Made by a program: the position numbers and the translations under genes. A model generated the notes under the pieces. The model saw only the letters and a program-made list of their open reading frames with translations, was not told the DNA's origin and made no database searches. Below, piece by piece: positions 21,025-32,792 of a DNA stretch of 64,000 nucleotides. How positions within the stretch are numbered: the first letter of the stretch is position 1; every line of letters begins with the position of its first letter. Source of the stretch: Selaginella moellendorffii (lineage: Eukaryota; Plantae; Lycopodiophyta); contig NW_003314336.1 of the NCBI RefSeq assembly GCF_000143415.4, positions 570,830-634,829 on the forward strand. The letters are read 5' to 3'.

Positions 21025-24000
21025 CTTTACCCACTTGGGCCAAAGGTAGTGGAGTAGAACCCAAGTTCAGAGCCTTAGGCCACCGTACAAAGGGATGGAG
21101 CTTGTTAGATCTATCAAGTGTCAAATGCAAAATTACACTCACATTCAGAGGCGGAATGACCATCTCATGGTTGTCAACTTGAACACCATCTTGAAAAATC
21201 TTTTGCAGAAAAAGCAACCACTCATAAAACTGGTAGAAAACCAAAGCATGAAACTACTCCCAAGCATATAGCTCAAGAAGCAAAAGGACAACAACATGGA
21301 GCGATTCACAAGCATACAACCCAAAAAGTGAAAGGACAAGAGCATGAGGTGGCATTGGAGCAATTCTAAAGCTTCCAACATCCTAATAGACGCTGCACAT
21401 CTGACCATCATAGTCAAATTGTGATGGTTACATCAACAATTTGAAGTGATGTTGCCCTAGTACATGTCACCATCACTGTCATTTTTTTAACGGCGGCATT
21501 GTGACAATGAAATCAATTTGAATGCCATTTTTGTCCTAATTGTATGTGGCCTAAGTGTTCAGCAAACTCTTTTTGGATAAGTGGAAAAATGCTCGTCAAA
21601 TACTGATCTCACGACGTAGCATTGGTAGCTCATGGCAATTGCAAAGGTAAACCCAGTTCCATTGGTAATATTAAATAATGACCATATAAAAGTTTATATG
21701 GTGAAGCACTAACAGAACCCTACACCCTTGTGATATATGCATACCGAAAAGACGGCAAATAACCATCCCAATCCGAATGCTAAAAGTTCACGTACTTCAT
21801 GATCATTCCTTTGAATGTTCAAACGAGCCGTTCCGCCAAACTATCTGACTATGCATGATAAACACTCATGAAAGTGTGGTGTATCCCCAACCAAAACGTC
21901 AAAACATGAAATGCCTCAGCCATAAATGCAGGACCATTATCCGAAAGAATCCGCTCTAGAGAAGAATGTTGGAACACCACTTGATTGAGGAAGAAGTATC
22001 CAAAAATAATTGCATAGATGTTAGTAAAAGCACCAATTTCCACCCAACGAGTCAAATAGTTAGAAGCAGTAATAACTATTCACTGCTTGTAGTTGATCGT
22101 GGAAAAGGTTCTATAAGATCAAATGCCATTAACTCAAATGGACGGGAAACTGCAATTGACTCCAACCGTCATTTTGCAGAATGAGGGGGAGTATTACGAG
22201 CTTGGCACCAAACATAGTTACGCACATACCGGATAACATTATGTTGCATCTTTGGCCAATAAAAAGACTTGCACAGCTTCTCGGTCACATGACGATATCC
22301 CATATGCCTGCATAGAATAGGAGAATCATGGTAGGCATGAAGAAACTGTGGAATAAAAATGGAAGGCACCACTAGCCGTAAATGATCATCAAGATCTATC
22401 CTCATAAAATAAAGAAGGTCGTCTTCAAGGTAATATTAAGAATGCAAATGCTGGAATGGTAAATCATCAGCAAGTGATGCAAAATTCTTAGACCCATCTT
22501 GAAGCCTTTGAATCCATGGCTCAATCTTTTGAGCTTTGCAAGCCTCATCAAGAGAAGGTAGATCTTGCTCTGCGCCTTGTGGACACTGAATGTCAAGTAT
22601 AACAACTGCCGACGGCACAAAATCCTCATTTAGAAAATCCATAAATACTGGAACAACAGGCTTGTCAAAAATATGAGAAGAGAGTGGAGAAGGAAGAGGA
22701 GCTCGAGAAAGGGCATCAACATCAACCATAGAAGTCCCTGGGCACAGAATCTTTATCTAGAAAATCCACAGATGCTAAAACAACAAACTCTTCAAAAACA
22801 TGAGAAGAGAGTGAAGAAGGAAAAGGAGCTCGAGAAAGGGCATCAGCATCAGTCATAGAACTCCCCAAGCATTAAAATCATATATCTAAAACTTCAAAGC
22901 CCACTGAGCAGTACGATTAACAAAGTTCTTTCGCTTCAATAATGAAGTAACAGCAGTATGATCACCTTCTAGTAACATCCGAGAACTATGTAGATATGCA
23001 TGAAGATTTTTGAAACCCTTCTTCTCTGTCGTGGAGTAGTTCACCTCCGCTGGTTGTAATGTACGGCTTATATACGCAATGGGATGGCATTGATCAGGCA
23101 CACTCGGGCTCTTTTTTATCAACTCACCTCCAAGACCAATATCAGAAGCATCCACGTGCAAAATGAATGGTTGAGTGTAGTCAAGATATGCCAAAATCAG
23201 AGGAGTCATCAATAGCTTTTTGAGATCTACGAATGTTTGCTCACAATCTGGAGACTAGATGAAAGATGATATTGATGGCTTCAGTAATGTTGGCAATGAT
23301 GCAGTGTGATTAGAAAGATGATCCACAAAACGACTGAGATACTGCACCTTGCCCAGAAAGTGCTACACATCATTCACACACTTCGAAGTAGGGAACTTTA
23401 GAATAACCACAAGTTTATCAAGATCAACTTGCAAACCTTCATGAGAAATACAGTACCTAAGATAAGTCGTATCCTTGAACCCCAACATACACTTCAATCA
23501 CTTCAATTTTAAACCAACATCTTCTAGCTGATCCAACACTTTACAAACATCACGGATGTGTTCCTCTCTGTAAGCAACTAAAGGGAACAACTCGAGAGAC
23601 GATCTATAGGGGTTCAAATATAAAGGGAAAAGGCCCATGAACAAGAGTGCATCCCTTTTTCCTTGGTTAAGGGTCTTGAGATATTTAGGGTTAAGCGTCC
23701 TTGGGTTTGAATAATACTGGGTTGGCTAACCTCCCGGGAAGTCCAAATTCAGGAGCTTACATTTGGTATCAGAGAAGTCTCAGGTCTGACTCTAATGGTT
23801 GGCTAGGGGAATCACACCACATGTTGATTGACATCTAGCAAGTCCAGTTCACTCCCGGCTGGGCTTGACCTGAGGGGTAGGGTGTCAAGAGAGCGGGGCT
23901 CTCAAAAGAGCTACGGCTCTTAGCTTTGTTCACAAGAGCGTGAACTTGTAGGGAAGCATGATCCATAGAATGAAAGAGCCCACATAGTATGGATTTGTAA

Positions 24001-26037
24001 TTCGATCCATAGGGGTTCAAATGTAGAGGGAAAAGGTCTATGAATAAAAGTGCACTTGCTTTTTCAATTGGTTAAAGTTCTTGGGATATTTGGGGTTAAG
24101 TGTCCCTAAAGCTTACACTCCCACGTGCCTTATAATGGATCAAGACATTATCAATAAAGTCAGTAGTCACCTTTGGCATATCACATAGAATTTTATCCAT
24201 CATTTGCTAAAAAGTTGCTGGAGCATTGTTCAAACCAAACAGCATCACCAAGAACTCGTATAAACCAAACGGTGTACGAAAAGCAATCTTAAGAATATCT
24301 TTTTCGGCCATCGGTACTTGCCAATACCCACAAGCAAGATTTACCTTGGTGCATTGTTCAAACGAAACAACATCATTAAAAACTCGTATAAACTAAATAG
24401 TGTACAAAAAGTAGTCTTAGGAATATCTTTTTCGGCCATCGGTACTTGCCAATACCCAGAAGTAAAATCTATCTTGGTGAACTAACAACTTCTCCTCAAA
24501 TGATTCAAGAGATTAGTAGTGTGAGGAAGAGGGTATAAATTCAAGATCATCACTTTGTTTAATAAACGATAATCAATGCAAAAACAAATACTCCCATCAG
24601 GCTTCGTCACAAAATGAGGTTCACATGCCCAAGGACTCTGTGACTTTCAAATAACACCTTTCTCCAACATCTCCTTGACATTTGTACGTAAAATCTTGAT
24701 CTCTTTGGGTGATTGACGACAAACAGTAACTTTGATTGGACAAGCATCCTAGGTTGGAATCAAATGATGTGTAGCAATCTTGGCCCCAGATGATAGATAT
24801 ATTCAAAGAAATTAGTATACTCCTGCATGAGCCGGTCAACTGCTGTAACACAAATACTATCGAAGGGATTAGAAAGGGGGAGAGTAGAATAAGATAAAAA
24901 CATAAAAGGAAGTAGTGGGAAGACAAAAGTAATGGAAGCAGAGGTAAAAGCAAAGGGACAAAAAGGTACGAAAGTGAGAGGAATATATGAAATATAAAGA
25001 AGTATGAGATAAGGGGGAGAAGCCTCAAAGTCACACTTGGCATGATTATGCTGCAACCAATCCATACCAAGGATGAGGTTAAAATCTTGACTCGGAATTA
25101 CCCATAATGATTGCAACTCAAGCTCGAGATCACCCATATATACAACTAAGTCTACCTCGTCCCGTGCACATGTATGTGTATAGCCGTTGCCATAAAGAAT
25201 GAAAACTGGCTCCACTGCATGATGCAAGTGTAGATGGCAATATGTGGCAACAGGTCGAGCAATAAAAGATAAACTCAAACCTATATCAACTAATAGGGAG
25301 AGAATAATAAGAGACCTCTTATTACAAAAACAAGCTTAGAGAATAAACATTGAATGAACTGGTGCCAAATGAACCCCTTAATAATACTTCTGAAAGAAAG
25401 GTAGAGGGGTCATTGATTTATTCATGCAAGATCCTTCTATTACTCGCACGACTACTTGTTTCCCAAATATATCTTAGTATCTAAACCTTCCACTGCAGCA
25501 GCACTAACATGACATTGTTGACACTAAGGTCTGCACGCAGGAAATAGAGGTTGCCAATCCGAAAAATACTGACAATGCCGATAAATGTGACCAACTTCAT
25601 CATACACCTAGCAGCGAACATCACGGCCATAACCATGTCCTCACCCTTGCCCTTGGACTCGAGTTGCAACAACATCAACCTCCATTAGAACAAGACCATC
25701 ACCTATAGGAAGTGGAGTTGAAGGACGTGTAGTGAGAAGTGGAAGAGACGACGTCTTGTAACATTGTGCCAAGCGAAGAACATCGGCAAGGGTGGCTGGA
25801 GCAAGTGCCTGCACAAGTCTAACAAGATCTTGATGAAGTGCTGGCCACAACATTTTTAGCTTGATTTGCTCTGATATATTTGGCTCTGCACAAAGCAAGA
25901 GGCTTCGAAAACAATTGCCAAATTGCATCACCAACTTGGATGGCCCTTGACAAAGATGATGCAATTGTTGGAAGGCATTATCATAATTATTGGTATGTTT
26001 GAATGCATGTTTGAAGACATTCAAGAGAACACACTAA
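21025..26037 (-). mobile_element. Degraded Ty3/gypsy gag-PR-RT-RH-INT, inverted relative to the copy at 35.6-39.9 kb
   Basis: Fragments LILGMDWL (protease), ILHVDASDIGLGG (RNase H), DALSR, HDSP..HMGY (integrase Zn finger), ILSDNGPAF. Small tandem duplications near 22640-22860 and 24220-24480. Confidence 0.9.
23569..24117 (+). mobile_element. Near-complete Cassandra-type TRIM inserted in gypsy RT
   Basis: 5' LTR 23569-23761 with 5S-like segment, PBS TGGTATCAGAG at 23764, ~240-bp non-coding interior, partial 3' LTR ending CTTACA, near-TSD CTCTC/CTCCC. Confidence 0.88.
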
Positions 26038-26900
26038 TGTAAGCCATAAATTTTTCTTTTCCAATTTATCAGCTTACCTCGCCTATCCGACCAACACTGC
26101 CTTGGCTTTAGCTAAGTTCCCATGCTAAGGTTCCCGCCTATGGTACCAACTCCTACTTGGTCCTACTTGGTTTCAACTACTCACTGCATGAGCAACGGAG
26201 CATTAGCAATCCATCCATGGATTCCCCAAATCTCTCCCAATCCCCCTCCTCAGGTTAGACTAGACTTAAGGTTCGGCTACACTCCCCACAGGCACAAGCA
26301 GTTAAGCATACCAAGCCTCCAGGTTCCTAACATCCCTTGGTACCACAAGACTTGATCATGGGACCCTCTAAATCCCAAGCCTTGGACTCGGTCTCGGATC
26401 CGATTTGGATCTCAGACTTTGTTTCGAACTCAGTCTCGAACTCGATCTCTGATTTGGCCTCGGACTCGATCCCGGACTCTATCTCGAACTCAGTCTCAGA
26501 GTCGGTCTTGGACTCAATCTCAGACTCAGTCCCATCCGATGAACTCTTTGTCATTTCAGTCATGCTTTCGGGGATCCTTTAGCCTATGATACCTCGGGGA
26601 GTTGGTTCCTTACAACTCCACCACCCATAGAAGAAGTTTGATGCCCATATTGAACATCTGTTTTTATCCTACGACTTGTTGACCATGTCTCCAGGGGCAT
26701 CCCCCCACTTAGCGGTGTGCCTAAGTTAGCCTCCCCGGTTAAGAGCCCATGACAATGGAATATAGGTGTCCCTATACCCCTCACCTCACCATGCCCTAGT
26801 ATGGGGTTGAGATTTGAACCCAGCCTTGCTTTACTAGGGGGTTGGGACTCAAACCCAACCTCTATAGAATATGTCTACGGATTCGACATCCCCGCAGGGA
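26038..26900 (-). mobile_element. LTR (26038-26614) with 6-bp repeat array, PPT and short internal remnant; related to copies A-C
   Basis: TGTAAG...CTTACA termini. Adjacent ACTCCACCACCC is a reversed PPT like that at 11925. 26680-26870 matches the internal module at 5450-5800. Confidence 0.7.
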
Positions 26901-27049
26901 GTCAGGTGTACGCCTGGTCGACCTAGCTAACCCATGCTAATTAGCTTACCTTCGGCATGCCTTCGGGTCCCAACATATGCCATTGCTCAATTTCACAAAT
27001 TGATACTTTAATTGAACCTTGCATAAGTACATAGAGTTCTACTTTGCAG

Positions 27050-27470
27050 AAATTCCTCCACTAGATCTCGCGCATTCTCTAGGTTCTCTTTTGGTTCCCA
27101 TGTTGCTTCGCAATGAGAAAATCCTTTCCACTTCACATGGAACTCTCTCACTTCGTGTCTTTGTCACTTGCTCTTGCGCGCATTGAGGATGGCCTCCACT
27201 TCGTATTTCTCTTCCCCTTGGATAACCTCAGGTAAAGGTCTCACTTGGTCTTTGCGAAGCGGATCCTCAAAGTACGGCTTGAGTAGGTTTACATGGAACA
27301 CTGGGTGCATCTTCCCCATCTCTTAAGGAAGTCACAGGTGGTAAGCCACTTTACCGATTCATGCCTCAATCTCGTAAGGCCCCACGAACTTGCTTAAAGA
27401 ACTCAAGATCAGTTCACTTCTAGGAATACATGCATGTTACCTTTGGGTCAACTTCCGGCTAATCCCACTT
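27050..27470 (-). pseudogene. Gypsy integrase GPY/F plus chromodomain fragment
   Basis: Manual translation gives KFVGPYEIEA*IGKVAYHL*LP...MHPVFHVNLLKPY...EEKYEVEAILNAR. Confidence 0.8.
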
Positions 27471-27807
27471 GGTAGCCTTAGGTTCTTGGTGTTTAGCCAC
27501 ACCTTTTCCCCAGGTTGGAACTCTACATACCGACGCTTCTAATTCGCATACAAGCTCTATTTCGTTAAAGTGGGATTTATTCAGTAAAATGGGACTAGGT
27601 ACAAATTTTCAAGTATTTGAAAATGACGTGAAATTATATGTTTTTTGTCCAGGGGCTAGACATATCTAGGGCATGGTGACTAGCGCGGTGACTTTGTGTC
27701 CAAACTGAGTCCATCTGGTTGTATAATAAATCTCATTGTCAAGGTGAACAAGCCGAATCTGAAGCTAAAGAAGAGCGATGGCATGCGCGCACACACTATT
27801 TGTTTGT

Positions 27808-29378
27808 TCATTGAGCGTGTGGTGAGCTTTCCAAGATGAACGTCATTCCTAACCCTACAATCTGACGGCCAACATATTCACTGGGATGGCATGGGGCCCC
27901 ACACGATACTGCAAGCCTTTGCTCCTCCTCCAGCTGAACCCTGTATGGGGTTCGATCGACAAGGGCCTTATGCAAGGGTTGGCCGTTCAGCTCAGTTTGC
28001 GCACTTTGCAGAGACCTTAAGTGTTTTGCTAGGGACGCAATCATCATGTTTGCACCCCCGCCACCCCATAGAGGTACAAAGAAGTTCCCATAGTTCTGGG
28101 CACCATGCCCATGAGCGATTATGCCAAACAGAGACACAGGCAGCTGCATGGATGAAGAGATTGCCTTGGGGGCAGGATTGAGTCGAGGTAAGCACGTCTT
28201 TTTCTAGTCCATTTTGTCGTGGATGATGCAAAGGTAAGAGTCAGGTCTCTCCATGGAGAGAATCTTGTTATGATAATATGCAGTCCTGCAGCTTCTCTGC
28301 TCGATGTTGTGGTCGAGCCGCCTTCTAACCAACGTCTCTCGCTCTTGAGCGCTGCAAGAATTCTTCGACAAAGCCATTTTGATAGCAGTGCACTCGTCAC
28401 ACTTTGAAAAACTGGAGTACTTTCCTATACTCACATCCCTGAACCTGTTGCTCCACAATCTACTAAATCTAGATTGGCTCAGCTTCCTGTAGCCATTACT
28501 CTGGAGTTCCCGATTCACATATTCCAATATGGCCCCCTTGGTATACATGGAAGGGAGAACTCGTTGGGTGTCTCATGTGGTTGCTGCTCGCTACATGTCT
28601 CGACAAACCTCTTGAAGATTGCCTCTCCATATACAACATGACCCCTGGTTTTGTGAGTACCGTCGTTCCCATGGACTGCCTGTTGAACCCTTTGTTCCTC
28701 GAACTCAGTTTTGATTCTGTAGAATGTGGTTCGAGGGACTCCATAAATGATTCTCCATGCCTTCATGCAGACCAAACCCCTTTGGAAGACCATGCCCCCC
28801 ACCTGATGTTCTGAAGCATCAACAGATGACCGTAATGCCTCATACACAAAATTGCGAGCTGCCTTCCAGGACAATGTCTTGTATCTTGCTCTCTCCTCTT
28901 CAATAGCATCCCAATCAACATGTTGACAGCACCTCCTCTTGCAACAAGCAACTGTCGAGACCATTCGAACCTCCATCGCCATTTTCTGCCTTTTCGGTTC
29001 GTTGCTCAGATCCCTTTGGCTGCGCTTTAGGAAGGTGTACTTTCTTTTCCCATGAAGAGATGTTCTATCATTAGTTGTAGTGGTGTTTGATTGTGAATCC
29101 TTCACATTCTCAAACACTAAGTGCCTCAATTTCCACCGCACAATGCTTCCAATAGTCAGACTGTTTTCTTCTGTGTCAACAACCTCTAAAATCGCAACTC
29201 CAATATCATCCCAGCCCAATTCTTGATTAGCAACCGCATCTCTTGGATCGACAATTGTGGCTAAGCCCTCAGCTACCACCTCCCCCTCGGGGTTGTTTAG
29301 AAACACCTTTGCCTGAATCCATGTAGCATGGTTCTTAAGATCCACGGAGGGAACATGCGTCGCACTTGCAGAGGCCAT
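27808..29378 (-). pseudogene. Sola-like DDE transposase, frameshifted and C-terminally truncated
   Basis: CCKRRCC, VCMKAWRIIYGV, SQSRFSRLW...FSKCDEC...DH...AYY...IIHDKMD (first catalytic Asp region), GANMMI. Frameshift near 28550 and stop at 28204-28206. Later DDE motifs were not found. A splice acceptor lies just upstream at ~29380. Confidence 0.65.
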
Positions 29379-29998
29379 TCTGAAAGTGCAGAAAAGAAGT
29401 TAAGACCATACAAAAAGTGATTGGAGAATGGCCTAAATCATAACATACCAAACAACCTCAATAGCATGAGGCCACATGCCATTATTCAAACATGCTATTG
29501 ACACCCACGTGAAATTTCGCATTCACAAAATTGGCATGAGGCCTCATGCCATCTTGATAAACACACAGCTGCAGGCAAGTAAAAACATACATGACAATAC
29601 GCTAGCCATGAAATTGCAAGGGCCCAAGATGGCATGTGGCCTCATGCCATTTCTAAATGTGGTCCTAAGCCATTCCATGGTGAACATACCAAGAAGCACA
29701 AGTGCCGAATATCAAGAGGAAGCGGTAGCCACACCAAAGACAGTGCCGCTTGCAACACCGCAACTACTCGTAGCGCCGCTCGCAACACCGCAACTGCTCG
29801 TAGCGCCGCTCGCACAAACTGCCACTCGCATAAACTGCCGCTCGCAATGGCGCTCGCAATGCTGCAACCGCTCGTAGACGCATAAACCACAGCTCACAAC
29901 GCCGCTTACACAAGCAGCGCTCACTGCGCTCAGCGGAACCAAGAACATGGCGCACAAAAATGATAGACCTAGGAATGAGTTCGAGAATTCAAAAATAA

Positions 29999-31915
29999 CA
30001 CACGCTTGAACGTCACATCAAATCCTCTGACAAACCAGATCTTATGATTCCTTTGACAAATTTCAAATTGAGTAGCTTCTAGACTTTGCTGTCGGACGTT
30101 GAACTTTGTCACATCATGTCCTTGCCTCGATCCAGCTGTGCCATGTCAGTGATTCGAACTTTGCCATGCCATGTCAGCGATCCGCGCCAAGATTATTCGC
30201 CGTGTAAAGGAATAATTATGCTATGTGTGTACGTCCATTTATGGCAATATAAGGCCACATGCCATTCAAAGAATAATGCTAGTCGAGCATTTTTTAGTGC
30301 ATTTTTGGGTTCAAAATTGCATGAGCCCACATAAAGTTTACCTGTACCAAAAATAGAAACAACTTTATTTACTTGGGAATTTAAGTGGTTGAGGCATTTT
30401 TAAACTTACAAACACATGCCCTACTTACATTCCTTTGGTTGCTTAAAATTCAAAAATATTATAAATCTTTCTTTTTGCATTTTCAATGTTTTCAATTATG
30501 GTTTTTGATTTTCGCAGGACCAGCCTAGTAATCTATTTGCATCCCGTCATGTTTATAGCTAGCTTTCGTTTGTCCCCTTCGCTAGCCTGAGATACATCTG
30601 CTTGGCATCTGCCTCTTACAGCATTTGCCCAGAAAGGGCATCTTTCTTCACGCAGCATTTGCCACATGTTTAGGGTTTAGGGTTTAGCAATTTAGTAGCT
30701 TGATAAACATGCAAATACAGAACTTGATGCAAAATCCTTTGATATGTCACAATGCCCCTAGGACCATAAACACATTTCAATAGAGAGGGTCCTTTCATTT
30801 CATAACTCCTTACGTAGATCTTGGTGAAACCAGAGTTAGTGAAGTTAGTTTCTTGTGATCCCGCATCTGATTGTGATGTCCCTTTGCAGTGTCGATGGAT
30901 AGGTCAATGCACACCAAACTGTAAAATCTTGGAGCAAAATAACGGTCGGATCTATGGCAAATGCCCCTGAAACATTGTAAGGCTCGTGTGGTCTTATGTG
31001 GTGTCCGATCGAGATGCTTCTTTGCAGGGTCATCAAGAAAGACATTGTATACTATTCTGTAAAATCTAGTTGCGATCTAACGGTTGGATCTCCAGAAAAC
31101 TTAAAAAAATCTCGCGCGTGTCAGAATATTCTAGGAATATACTCCTATGTGCCCCTTAAAATGGCATGCGGCCCCATGCCATTTAATGCCAGATGACGCC
31201 GAGCATTTTTTGGTGCATTTTTTGGGATCAAAATTGCATGAGCCCACACGCTTGAACGTCACATCAAATCCTCTGACAAACCAGATCTTATTATTCCTCT
31301 GACAAATTTCAAACTGAGTAGCTTCTAGACTTTGCTGTCAGACGTTGAACTTTGTCACGTCATGTCCTTGCCTCGATCCAGCTGTGCCATGTCAGTGATT
31401 TGAACTTTGCCATGCCATGTCAGCGATCCGCGCCAAGATTATTCGCTGTGTAACTGCTCGGCATCTGCCTCTTACAGCATTTGCCCAGAAAGGGCATCTT
31501 TCTTCACGCAGCATTTGCCACATATTTAGGGAGGGTTTAGGTTTAGCAATTCAGTAGCTTGATAAACATGCAAATACAAAACTTGATGCAAAATCCTTTG
31601 ATATGTCACAATGCCCCTAGGACCATAAACACATTTCAATAGAGAGGGTCCTTTCATTTCATAACTCCTTACGTAGATCTTGGTGAAACCAGAGTTAGTG
31701 AAGTTGGTTTCTTGTGATCCCGCATCTGATTGTGATGTCCCTTTGCAGTGTCGATGGAAAGGTCAATGCACACCAAACTGTAAAATCTTGGAGCAAAATA
31801 ACGGTCGGATCTATGGCAAATGCCCCTGAAACATTGTAAGGCTCGTGTGGTCTTATATGGTGTTCGATCGAGATGCTTCTTTGCAGGGTCATCAAGAAGG
31901 ACATTGTATACCATT
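29999..31915. repeat. Internal direct duplication (~29999-31060 versus ~31245-31915), each copy with a TTTAGGG tract
   Basis: Near-identical blocks start CACACGCTTGAACGTCACATC. The first copy has extra DNA at ~30205-30595. Confidence 0.9.
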
Positions 31916-32792
31916 CTTTATTTAGCTGAACATCTGGCATTTTTGGAAATACAAGATGCTTTGGAATATCCAATCATGCATGGTATAAATATAGCGAGGG
32001 TATTAAATGATATCCCAATCATGATCTTTCTTTTGGATTTCGCGTGCATGCAGTCCGAGGAATGATGACGTTGCGGATTTCTTTTGGATTTCACGTGCAT
32101 GCATGCGCGCGGCGATCCAGAAATTAATGGTGGCGCCCAAGTCCGAGGAATGATGATGTTGCGGGATTAGTGACATTTCGCGCGTGTGAGGTTAGGTTTT
32201 GCATTTTGCTTCGTACTCGCGCTCGCACACTCGCGCTCGCATCGCGCTCCCACTCGCGATCACGCTCACATTCGCGCTCATCTACCTTCTCTACAGGTTT
32301 CTCGTGTGCATCGGCGTCCACTTGCGCTTGCATCACACTCGCGCTCGCATCGCGCTCGTGTGCATCGGCGTCCACTTCAAGACACACCCAGTTTGTAACT
32401 TCGCCGCCAACTCCGCCACCCACACGCAGCCCACTTGGCGTCCCGGGAGATTTCAGTGCCACTCTCCAACTGTAAGTGGCAGAGTAGCCTTGCTGCTATG
32501 ATCCGCTGCACACACAGTGCACATTCGCCAGCGAGTCCGGCCTCGATTGTCACGCCTCCATTCGACTTCAAATGGTAAGTCTTTTAGGCCAAGTAGAAAA
32601 TGGCATGAGGCCACATGCCATTCAGTAGCAACATTGGCATGCACCGATTGGGCTCTCGAGTGCAGTCCGGTTACAGATGGCGTGTAGCCTCATGCCATCT
32701 TAGGATGCAGCCTCAAGACATCTGATGCAGTGGTGAATGGCGTGTGGCCTCACGTTATTTCCAGCTGCTAGCTTTTCATCTGTCAGCTCTAA

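Noticed and set aside
30670-30690. Telomere or chromosome-end remnant
   Set aside because: Only 2-3 TTTAGGG units inside a transposon duplication, consistent with a telo-box.
31669-31973. Small ORFs in the internal duplication as a third transposon gene
   Set aside because: Short, no motif, and disrupted in the other copy; could be an upstream exon but unsupported.
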